Origin: Octopus sinensis
Taxonomy: Eukaryota
Reading direction: 5' to 3'
DNA length: 64,000 nucleotides
NCBI RefSeq assembly: GCF_006345805.1
Contig: NC_043003.1
Location: forward strand, 15,686,001-15,750,000
The number at the start of each line of letters is the position of its first letter. The stretch's first letter is position 1. The notes under the pieces were generated by a model that saw only the letters and a list, made by a program, of their open reading frames with translations, searched no databases and had not been told where the DNA came from. Positions 53,400 to 64,000 of this stretch are shown one piece after another. The position numbers were made by a program, and so were the translations under genes.

Positions 53400-53441
<42 letters not shown>

Positions 53442-53477
53442 ATATAATATATATATTTTATTTATATATATATACTA

Positions 53478-54620
53478 GCTGAAGGTGACCCCTCTATACG
53501 CGCGGAGAGTGTGGGTGTTACTTTCTGTTGCTTTCCTTTCAGCACGTAAAAAGCACCATCCGAACGTGGCCGATTGCAGCACCGCCCTTGACTTGCTTCT
53601 GTGCTGGTGGGCACGTAAAAAGCAACCAACCGATCGTTGCCACTGCGAGCCCCCCTGGCACCAGTGCCGGCGGCACGAAAAAAGCACTCACTACACTCAC
53701 AGTGTGGTTGGCGTTAGGAAGGTCATCCCCTGTAGAAACACTGCCAGATCAGACTGGAGCCTGTGCAGCCTCCTGGCTTCCGAGACCCGGTCACACTGCC
53801 CCAACCCGTATTTGTTTCTCTCCGTATTTGGTTTCTCTCTCCTTCTCTTTCTCTCCTTCCCACTCTCTTACTTTTCTTTCTCTCGGACTCTCCCTCGCTT
53901 TCTCTCTACTCTCTATCTTTCTCTATCTATCTCCCATTTATAAACAACAGAAGATCTTGAGTAAGTTGAGAAATAAAATATTTAGAAAGATCAATCAGAA
54001 ATATGAGGCAGTGGCAATGGAAAGGTCTGCTTCAAGGCAGACAGCAAAACGCTAACATTCAAAAGGGACAGACGAACTTGCGAGCTGAATAAAAAATAAT
54101 AAATATTGGAAACCAAAGTTTGAAGGGATAGAATCTGAGGAAGTAGAGTCACCATGGCTGGCATTTGTTAACGACGGACAGGCAACGTAGTGACAGTTTA
54201 ACGGCTGGCGTAAATTTTGAACTTGATGTAAAGGAAAATTCGTAAACACCAATTTTTGAAGTGATTCTTTCTCACGACAGTAGACTCACCATGGCAAGCA
54301 TTCAAACTTCTTTATCATGGACGGCAACAACATTGACGATTAAAAGGCTGGCGCATTTTTTTAGCTTGATGCAACAGAGAATTCCTAAACACCACCCCGC
54401 TCTTTGAAATTTTAATCCCCTTCCAGCCCCATTTAGACCCCTTTTCCCATTTTGGTTAATATAACCCGATTTCATTCGGGTGTACTGGGGCCCACATTTT
54501 ATAAGATGAGGAATTTTGTCCTAGAGGTGACGCCTTTCATTTGAGGAACAAAATAGTTGTGATGCAAACTTGTCAGCACCTTTACATAGGTGTGCATATT
54601 TTCAGGTGAATCGACCGACT
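53478..54620 (-). mobile_element. Helitron-like element (copy 2) with ~300-bp captured retroposon fragment
   Basis: Reverse complement of copy 1 (roughly 85-90% by eye); CTAG end at 53478; extra segment ~53505-53800. Confidence 0.7.
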
Positions 54621-54825
54621 ACGTAATGCACACATATATATTGTGTATATATTATATGTGTGTGTGTGTGTGTGTGTATGTGTGCACGCATTATATATAC
54701 AAATGTATACAAATGAGATATATATCTGTATAAATTAAATTAGAGATAAAACCACTAATAGGCAAATCAAACAGTGAAAACCAAAAACAAACACATAAAA
54801 AAAGAAAATATAACATAGAAATATA

Positions 54826-55845
54826 TCTATATATATAAAACTGTAGTTGTGTGAGTGTCTGTCCCCTTCGATTTAGATTCCTAACTACTCCCACATTTTG
54901 CGGTGCAGTTTAACCAATTCGGGTATCTTATAGTCGTGATTCATATCGAGCCCGTCTGGGTATTAGCGCGCGTCTACTACGATGAGTCTACGATTTTAAA
55001 ATAATTTAACATCATTTTTTATTCCATTTAATGCATTTTTTTTGTGTGTCGATGGCGGCGGAGTTGGCGTCCGCGCTCACGCCTGCACCTGTGTTGCCTC
55101 TCCCCCTTCTTCCCTCCCTCGGTGAAGCTGTGGGGAAGGGAGTGTAAGGAAATCAACGTCGTAATGCGTTGTGAGGAGACCAGCGTTCGTTTTTTAGAAC
55201 AAAGACTTCATGGCTTGAAGTCGCCAAAACAGAAATCGCTAAAAAGCTGAACAGATCCACAAAAGCGGCAAAAACCGCCACCAGGGCAGGTTTCCTGTGC
55301 AAACAATTTGCACAACCGAATGTTTTAGTTGTTGCACAAATCTTTATATATAAAAGTAAGGTTGTGTGTCTGTCTCCTACGATTTAGATTCCTACTACTC
55401 CATAACATTTTGCGGTGCAGTGTAACCAAAACCGGGTATCTTATAGTCGTGATTCATATCGAGCCCTTCGGGTATTAGCGCGCGTCTACGATGAGTCTAC
55501 GATTTAAAAAAAAAATTTACCATCATTTTTTTATTCCCTTTTATTTATGCATTTTTCGCTATTATATAAGGGAAGTAACTCTCTAAAAATGTCTACGATG
55601 AGTCAACGATAAAAAAAATTACCATCATTTTTTTATTCCATTTTAATTGCATTTTTCGCTATTATATAAGGGAAGTAAACTCTGTAAAAATGTCTACGAT
55701 GAGTCAACGTTTAAAAAAGAAATTACTATCATTTTTTATATTCCATCTTTAATGCATTTTTTGCTATTTTTTTTGCTATAACTCACTAAAAATGCTTATA
55801 TAGTTATTTCCCTTACAAACCCGAGAACGCCGGCGATACTGCTAG
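54826..55845 (+). mobile_element. Composite Helitron-like element with two heads and internal ~90-bp tandem repeats
   Basis: TC heads at 54826 and 55341; repeats at 55484-55770; cccgagaacgccggcgatactgCTAG end. Confidence 0.75.
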
Positions 55846-55959
55846 TAAAATATAAAATTGAAAACTTGAAAATTATTTAATTGAAAAAAATTATGAATTA
55901 TATTTATAATTTGTTTAAAAATATATATAACTATGAAAAAGTATGAAAAAGTTTAATAT

Positions 55960-56260
55960 ACATAAATACAGATATATACACTTTGTATATATACATTATA
56001 TATACATATTTATATATAGAACACACACACACACATACATTATATATACATATTTATATATAGAACACACACACACACACATACATTATATATACATATT
56101 TATATATAGAACACACACACACACATACATTATATATACATATTTATATATAGAACACACACACACATACATTATATATACATATTTATATATAGAACAC
56201 ACACAACATACATTATATAATATACATATATATAATAGAAACACACACACACACACATAT
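55960..56260. repeat. ~44-bp minisatellite built from (CA)n/(TA)n
   Basis: tatatagaacacacacacacacatacattatatatacatatt repeated 5-6 times. Confidence 0.9.
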
Positions 56261-56264
56261 AAAT

Positions 56265-56658
56265 GAACGCAAGAATATCTGATTCATAATATTTGTTCTC
56301 ATGCTCGTGTGTTGATTGTTGGTGACAGACATATACTTCAAAGAACGCCGCCGAAGTGATGGAAGGTAGGAAACAGAGTCAGTGAAAAGAAAGGAAATAG
56401 CGATAGTGACAGATACTTTAAATAACCGTAGTGGCATTCTGAAAGTTATAAATGAAGAGGAGTGACAGAGTACCGGAGTAAATAGGGTGAGGTAGGAAGA
56501 TGGCCCCTAGCAACCACACCTTTTAAGATAGGGATTTCTAAGGTAGCCCACGCGCATCGTCACCCCGTCATTCTTCTACATTTCCCTGTAAATTTTGGAG
56601 CGAATCGGACGGGATGTAGTGGCATTGAAAGCGAACCAAGCGGTAAAAACGCATTTCA

Positions 56659-56670
<12 letters not shown>
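56265..56670 (-). mobile_element. Helitron-like fragment, same family as 47770-48280
   Basis: Shared aaatccctatcttaaaaggtg and atgagaacaaatattatgaatcagatatt blocks. Confidence 0.55.
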
Positions 56671-56704
<34 letters not shown>

Positions 56705-57001
56705 ATATATATTATATATATATATATGTGTGTGTGTGTGTATTATGTATGTATGTACGTATGTGTGTATGTACGTATGTGTTTATAACCAAGTTCAACC
56801 GGGCAACACTACATTATGCAGGGGTATGTTTTGTAAGCGCTCCAGAAGCGAGGTTTCGAGAAATTAACATTTACATGTCAACAGGCGTGTTGGATTGAGA
56901 CCTAAGATAGCTTTGATGTTGTATAAGTAACCTGTGACAAGATCATTCAAATCAGACTGGAGGCTAATTGTAGTTTTTGTTACTGAGTATCATAATATTG
57001 A

Positions 57002-57385
57002 GGAGGCGCAATGGCCCAGTGGTTAGGGCAGCGGACTCGCGGTCATAGGATCGCGGTTTCGATTCCCAGACCGGGCGTTGTGAGTGTTTATTGAGCGAAA
57101 ACACCTGAAGCTCCACGAGGCTCCGGCAGGGGATGGTGGTGATCCCTGCTGTACTCTTTCACACCACAACCTTCTCTCACCTTTACTTCCTGTTTCTGTT
57201 GTACCTGTATTTCAAAGGGCCGGCCTTGTCACTCTCTGTGTCACGCTGAATATCCCCGAGAACTACGTTAAGGGTACACGTGTCTGTGGAGTGCTCAGCC
57301 ACTTACACGTTAATTTCACGAGCAGGCTGTTCCGTTGATTCGGATCAACCGGAACCCTCGTCGTCGTAACCGAAGGAGTGCTTCC
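57002..57385 (+). mobile_element. tRNA-headed SINE family C, full length
   Basis: Head with A box (tggcccagtgg) and B box (gtttcgattcc); related copies at 39157, 33510-34050 and 23630-23950. Confidence 0.85.
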
Positions 57386-58502
57386 ATCCATCATAATATT
57401 GATGTTTCTTTTTATTTAGTTATAAAATTATGCTCGCGTTGCTCCATCGCCTATGAAATTTTATTTTGACTTGGTGCACTCTGAGAAGACGTCTACAAGT
57501 TACCTACAAAATATCTCCCCTCCTTCTTTAAGGACGTCAGTTAACTCTTTAAGTTTCATATCTTTCTCTGTACTTCCGAGTTCGTCACTTCGTTTTAATC
57601 CACTCATAGATGCAAGACCTGAAAGGATTAGTAAATTATATTGACCCGTAGTACTCAACTGGTACTTATTTTTATTGACCCCGAAAATAGGGAAGTTAAA
57701 ATCGGAATTAGAAGTCAGAACGTAAGAAGCCAGAAGAAATGGCGCTAAACATTTTTTTAGATGCGCTAACGATTTTATTTGTTTACTGCCCACAAGGGGC
57801 TACACACAGAGGGGACAAACAAGGACAGACAAACGGATTAAGTCGATTATATCGACCCAAGTGCGTAACTGGAATTTATTTAATCGACCCCGAAAGGATG
57901 AAAGGCAAAGTCGACCTCGGCGGAATTTGAAATCAGAACTTAGCGACAGACGAAATACTGCTAGTGTAGTTGATTTTATATCAGTGCTTGACTGGTACTT
58001 TTTTTCATCGACTAGTTCTTCATTGACTGGTACTTTATTTCAACGGTGAAATACAAAGATGACCTCGATGATATTGACCATAAAGCTATCCCTAACCATA
58101 CCCTTTAACATTTAAACCGGCTATATCTGGCCCAAATACGCAATCTGTTTCATGCTCGAGCCAGCCAGATCCAGCCTATCACACCTACCCTTTAATTTCA
58201 TTCTAAAATTATATAATCACAACATCCAAATTTCAAAGCTAAGAGACAATTCTTGATTACTTTAAAACAACGTAAATGAAGAATTACATTTGACAGAATA
58301 ATCTGAATATTAAAGAGTTCAGTTGGGAACGGAAAGAGCCGGAAAATATGCTGCTAAGCTGTGTGGCTGTGCAGTAAGAAGCTCGCTTCCCAGCCACATA
58401 GTTCTAAGTTCAATCCTACTGCGTCGCACCTTAGCCTAGTGTCTTCTACTATTGTCTCGGGTGTAACTTAAGGCAGATGAAAATATATAAAAATCCAGAA
58501 TT

Positions 58503-58577
58503 AATCGTAGACTGATTTCGTCTATTACCGATAATTGCTTACGTAATTTTTTCGTCCGTAGACTCTTCAGTACGGTC
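58503..58577 (-). ncRNA. Type I hammerhead ribozyme, left arm
   Basis: GACCGTA-CTGAAGA-GTCTA...TAGAC-GAA-ATCAGT-C|TACGATT. Confidence 0.8.
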
Positions 58578-58754
58578 GTTCCAATTCAGTATAATTTGTG
58601 GAACTAAACACTAGTTGTCCTAACAAAACTAAACATGTGCATAGTTCTACCGATAACATTAGTAGAACTGTAATGTAATCGGTAGAACTATGCGTACATC
58701 TAGTTTTATAACGACAACTAGTGCTTAGTTCTACAAATTATATTGAATTGGAAC

Positions 58755-58829
58755 GATCATACTGAAGAGTCTACGGACGAAAAAATTATGTAAGTAATTA
58801 TCGGTAATAGACGAAACCAGTCTACGATT
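58755..58829 (+). ncRNA. Type I hammerhead ribozyme, right arm
   Basis: GATCATA-CTGAAGA-GTCTA...TAGAC-GAA-ACCAGT-C|TACGATT. Canonical core, G10.1-C11.1, 5-bp stem II, short stem III, GUC site (cut after 58822). Confidence 0.85.
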
Positions 58830-59099
58830 AATTCTGGATTTTTATATATTTTCATCTGTCTTACCCGCTTTATGCTCTGGTATTTGCTGAATTTCTCAAG
58901 AGAACATTATTTTCTTTGTAGTTTGATCTAAGGTAATCTTCTTCTAGCATATTGGATATCCACCTAGTGGTTATCGCTAAGTATATGCATGTATTGCAAT
59001 TTTTTCTGATTTTTCAGATTTTTCTATATGCTAGGCTACTGGTTTTAAATTGATATTAATTTAATTACTATTCAATTTATCACCCTCGTTATTTAAATT

Positions 59100-59133
<34 letters not shown>

Positions 59134-59778
59134 CACATGTATATATCAACGTATGTGTGTCTTTGTGTCTATTTTGTCCCAGCACCACCGTTTGACAACC
59201 GGTGTTGGTGTGTTTGCCTCCCCGTAACTTAGCGGTTCGGCAACCGAATAAGAGCCAGCCTTATTCCTGCATTCACCTAAGCCAGTTCAAGGTGCTTCTC
59301 CAGCATGGCCGCCGTAGGATGACTGAGACAGGTAAAAGAAAGTAAAGATAATATTTCTGTTTCATATTTGTCCAAAAGATTTTAAATCTGCATTACGGCT
59401 GACTTTCTCTGAAAGTGGAGCTATTTCGGTATTAATCTGAAGTTTTACTCCCACCAATGGTCACATTTCTTCGAATGTTAAACGGTAAGAGAACTGTTAC
59501 ATCTTTCACTGCACTTTCCTTATTCATCATTAAGTAATCTATTTGCAATCTTATTTGGCATCTTCCACGTCTACTTTATATTCAAATTTCACAAATCATA
59601 GAATCTCTGCTTTCTATGAATTCAAGCAACCTTTTACCCCTTATAATTTCTCTTCCACAGAGCAAAATTCTTTATTAAACCACATATTTTAAATATAAGC
59701 TTTGGTCCCGCTTTAGCATTAAGGTCACCCGTTGCATTTTCTAATTTTCTAATCTATCTATCTATCTATCTATCTATT

Positions 59779-59816
<38 letters not shown>

Positions 59817-59853
59817 GTCTGTCTGTCTGCCTGTCTGTCTATCACTCTGTCTG

Positions 59854-59884
<31 letters not shown>

Positions 59885-59940
59885 CAGAAAGATTTGTCTT
59901 CTGAGATATATATATATTATATATAATATATATATATATA

Positions 59941-60257
59941 TAATAAATATTAGGGAATAAATCCAAATTTACAGGGAAAAAATCAGATTTAGGATTAAAT
60001 CCAATTTATAGTAAAATATTATAAAATATTATTAGAGACAAAACCACTATTTTGCAAAACAACAAAGGAAAGACTTAATCAATACATAAAATTTTAATAA
60101 ATAGTCAAAAAAAAACCGCCACTACAATCGTTCTTGTCTTGATCGACAATCTTCAGGTGGACTTCCAATAATTCAGTTACAAATTGTAACTGAATTATTG
60201 GAAGTCCACCTTGTTTGTTTTGCAAAATAGTGGTTTTGTCTCTAATAATATTTTATA
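59941..60257 (-). mobile_element. PLE-like fragment between (TA)n tracts with nested inverted repeats
   Basis: Outer IR 60020-60068/60209-60257, inner perfect hairpin 60155-60211, HHR at 60119-60160. Confidence 0.65.
60119..60160 (-). ncRNA. Minimal hammerhead motif (one core A missing)
   Basis: CCAC-CTGAAGA-TTGTC GATCAA GACAA-GAAC-GATTGT-A|GTGG. Confidence 0.65.
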
Positions 60258-60620
60258 TATATATATATATATATATGGTATGTTGATTTTTATATATCTT
60301 GAATTATGCTTGCACTGAAGATTAAAAAGTGTGTTTGTGCACTAATTATGAATTCATATGATTTGCAGCTAATTTCTGCTTTTTAAAATGCTCGCATCGA
60401 GAGTTGCATTCCCACGTATTCGATACAATGTGTTTATTTATTTTGGTAGTTTTAACTTTAAGAGTCTCGCCTAGCATGTGGCATTTATGTATAGTAATGC
60501 CCTCAATATAAATAAATAAACATATTTAAGAGAAACAAATTGGTGGAATTTCCCTTATGAGATTTTTCACGCAAACTACTTCATAAATTCTTTTAAAGAT
60601 TTTTCAATTTTTCCTATTTT

Positions 60621-60684
<64 letters not shown>

Positions 60685-60842
60685 CATATACTATAGTGGG
60701 GTAGGCGAGTATGGGGTTACCCAGGATTTATCGCTCAAAAGATTTTAGCCTACACCACTATAATATTAACTGATTTTCATCTTAAAGTGTGCTTCTCCTC
60801 CAGATTTATGTTTTCTACAAACGTTATATATATATCATATAT

Positions 60843-61210
60843 ATATAAACGGCAGTTTGTCTGTGCGTTTTCTGGTGTCTGTTTTCTCGTACCCTCACTT
60901 GACCACGGCTTTCAACCGATTCTGATGAAACTGACACACACATAGCCCCAATGTCATAATTCAAAACTAACGCAGCGAAATTTTGAAAAGTTCCCCCAGT
61001 TCTGAAAAAAATCGATAAATTCGACATGGGGTCGAGAATCAGAAAACCCAAACCACAGACCGTCTAGGGGACGCAACTCCACCTTTTTTACTTTCAAAAA
61101 AAATTTACCATCATTTTTTTTCATTTTTGCTATTTTTTGGCTAAACTCTCTAAAAATGCTTTATAGTTATTTCCCTTACAAACCTGAGCAACGCCGGGCG
61201 ATACTGCTAG
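60843..61210 (+). mobile_element. Non-autonomous Helitron-like element
   Basis: Same 3' module as 9236-9630 and 54826-55845 (gagcaacgccgggcgatactgCTAG). Confidence 0.75.
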
Positions 61211-62089
61211 TATATTTATAAACGGCGGTGCATCAGCATGTCCGCAGCTCTGAGCTGAAACTAGAAAAAATATATATATAGATACTAGCATTAAAGACCC
61301 GTCGTTGCCGGGTCTCTACTGCTAGTGTCATGTATATATGTGTATATATATATATGTGTACATATTACATGTACATCTATATATATAACATCTACACATA
61401 AATACAAAATACAAAGTTATATCTTGATATCGCTAGTGATAACATACTCAAATATATAACAGACTGGAATTGTTAGCCTGTCACTTGTAATTCGATCAAT
61501 TTGTATCTGGTCCTCCCTCTTATATAGAAGTGTGGCTACAATCCAGCCTACCTCTACTTGGGGGGGGGGCATATTTAATTTTTTCCAGACGTCCTACGTC
61601 CCAGATATAAAGGTAAGAGTGAAATATTCCGACTTTGCAATGTTCGAGTCGAGCACTCCCTTGCACGCTCTCTTGACCCGAACCTTGCTTCTATTGTGCG
61701 GAATTATCGCCTCTGATTAGATACCTTTCATAGTCGCACCAAGACACTTTTCGAAGGTGCTTTCCTCCATGTGTTCAAATCTTTTTCTCTACATTGTATA
61801 CTTTATAGACAATAGTCTTTTCTTTAATTTAATTTTTATTATCCATCTACTATTCCATTTCTGCACGCTAATTTTATTTTTAATTTATCCCATTCATGTG
61901 AAACCACTTATTCAAGTTCAAATCATTGATGGCAAATTTTATACCAATTGCTATTTTTACTTTTGTTATGTTACTTTATACTTTAGTTTGATTTTAATTA
62001 TTACTTACTACATATAATTCATTGTTATGATTATTTTTACTGTATCTGACATAAATTAGAGAAACGTTTTGTTTCACTTTTAACACGTA

Positions 62090-62438
62090 ATACTGAAATA
62101 GTGGAGAAGATATGATATTGCTATGGGCTCGCTCTAGGCAAGAAGTTGAACATTTCTTTGCCCATGAAACTACATGGACCCTAAGTAAGGCATGTGTAAA
62201 ATTTGAATGAAATTGGTTGTGTAGTTCTCAAGTTTTAGGAAATCGTAGTGGAGAAGATATGATACTGCTGTGGGCTCGCCCTAGGCAAAAAAGTTAACAT
62301 TTTTTTTTGCCGATGACACTCCCCGGACCTCAAGTAAGGCATGTGTAAAATTTGAATGAAATTGGTCGTGTAGTTCTCAAGTTTTAGGGAAACACACAGA
62401 CAGACAGACACACATTCTCAGTTTTATATATATAAAGA
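62090..62438 (-). mobile_element. Helitron-like 5' part with ~147-bp internal tandem duplication
   Basis: Minus-strand head tctttatatatataaaactgagaatgtgtgtctgtc; duplicated tagtggagaagatatgat... block. Confidence 0.6.
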
Positions 62439-62450
62439 TATATATATATA

Positions 62451-62960
62451 CAGTAAGGAGTACCCAGAAGAAGCCGGAATTTTGCAATATTATTTCATTC
62501 ATTTACTTTTAAATGTTTACACTTTTATCGTGTTCAAAATATTCTCCATTTGAAGCAATGTATCGGTGCATTTCCACTTGTCGCATCAGTACTGGAATTC
62601 TTGCAAAGTGATATATTTTAACGCCTCAGTCGTTTTTTTCTTCACCTCTTCCACATCTGCAAATTCCGTAGTACCAGCCTTCTTTACCAGTGATGGTCTT
62701 CGTAAAAAGGTCCGGATAATATTCGAAATGTTCTTTCAGTTCACGACACGCATTCAATCGTGGCTTCTTTTGATCTTCCATGAGCAAGTGATGCACAAAT
62801 TCATTGCAACTCTTTTCATTCGCAATTCCACGCTCACAATTCGATGGTAGGAACTCCAGTACACATCAGTCGTATCAACAATCTCGTCAGTTGTTCGGTG
62901 ACGGTCCTCCAAGACCGATCGTTGAATTTTATGTTTTCATTCGTTCAGGAGGTCAACGTT
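62451..62960 (-). mobile_element. Mariner remnant
   Basis: Minus-strand remnants GRP...TTDEIVD and FADVEEVKKKTTEALK.ITLQEFQ; CAG terminus flanked by TA. Confidence 0.7.
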
Positions 62961-62984
62961 TATCCTAAATGATGTTGGTTTTCA

Positions 62985-63004
62985 ATATATATATATAATA
63001 TATA

Positions 63005-63044
<40 letters not shown>

Positions 63045-63049
63045 ATATG

Positions 63050-63105
<56 letters not shown>

Positions 63106-63125
63106 TTATATGTATATATATAATG

Positions 63126-63156
<31 letters not shown>

Positions 63157-63267
63157 GTATGTATGATGTATGTATGTAGGTGTATGTAGTAGTATGTATG
63201 TACGTATGTATGTATGTATACATGTATATATATATCATATACATATGTGTGTGTATGTATGTATGTA

Positions 63268-63299
<32 letters not shown>

Positions 63300-63310
63300 A
63301 ATATATATAT
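62985..63310. repeat. (TA)n/(TATG)n/(TG)n microsatellite tract
   Basis: Direct inspection. Confidence 0.98.
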
Positions 63311-64000
63311 AATGCAGTTTAAATACAACACACGCACACGCATATGCATACTTCTCTCATATAGTCGACTTCGTCTGAAAACTAAGTACTGACGCATTTT
63401 ATACCACTTTCGATAATTTTCAATCACATTCTCCAATCAAGAGTATGTATTAATATAATTGACAATATTTAATACTAAATCTCGATTTCTGGGGAAAAAT
63501 ACTTTTAGTTCCATTCGTATAAATAGACGCGCGCTCTTTATACGTTACAAGGTTTTACCTCTCTTTTCATTTATTTTCAAGGTCCCTCAATCTATATGTT
63601 GAACTGTGTTTCCTATTTATGGAAATTATCATCTCCATGTGGTGATAATGTATTGTACGTCAATATGGTTAATATTGTGAAATTCGCGATGGCGACCGCT
63701 CGAAACATGGGAATAGACTTGCTATGTCATAAACACGAATCGCTCCCATAGGTGTTTACTGGAAGCTGTTGAAATCTAAAGACAGTCGTCTTGGATGTGC
63801 AACCATATTAGTTGGACTGGATGCCAATAATTAACATGCAAGCCAGCAATTACAGGTTAGCACATTCTTATCAAAACGGATACGTCCAGATATCTATATG
63901 TATATATATATGTGTATGTATATATATGTATATTATACATAGGGCGTATGGAGGGCTGTGTGGTAAGTAGCTTCTTACTTACCAACCACAGTTCAGGGTT

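Larger units (their letters stand above)
58469..58863. repeat. 395-bp diverged palindrome
   Basis: ~190-bp arms around a loop at ~58662-58670; roughly 15-20 substitutions, mostly transitions. Confidence 0.97.

Noticed and set aside
57002-57075. tRNA gene-like sequence
   Set aside because: It continues into a SINE body and occurs as diverged dispersed copies; it is a SINE head, not a tRNA gene.
58467-58864. Kolobok or Harbinger MITE reading (TTAA-GG left end)
   Set aside because: The right end does not reproduce the TSD, and intact hammerhead cores in both arms explain the element better.

Overview
AT-rich eukaryotic DNA with no recognisable host gene. The SINE, Helitron and microsatellite repertoire looks like an Octopus-type cephalopod genome (inference from repeat content). 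The window is a mosaic of (TA)n/(CA)n/(GATA)n microsatellites, several tRNA-headed SINE families, CR1-like LINE 3' fragments, decayed Tc1/mariner and pogo/Tigger transposons, and non-autonomous Helitron-like elements. The main signal is a dense set of type I hammerhead ribozyme (HHR) motifs of the Penelope-like element (PLE)/retrozyme kind. I count about 16 well-formed motifs plus decayed ones. The three long palindromes (6351-9196, 16779-17590, 58469-58863) are all head-to-head inversions of HHR-bearing units, so each strand carries a ribozyme facing away from the centre. The first is a 3+3 array of ~492-bp HHR units. A ~3.2-kb element embedded in (TA)n (24989-28196) encodes an apparently intact PLE-type GIY-YIG endonuclease with no reverse transcriptase and carries a downstream HHR on the same strand. 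Ribozyme calls come from folding by eye; no activity or database search was possible.
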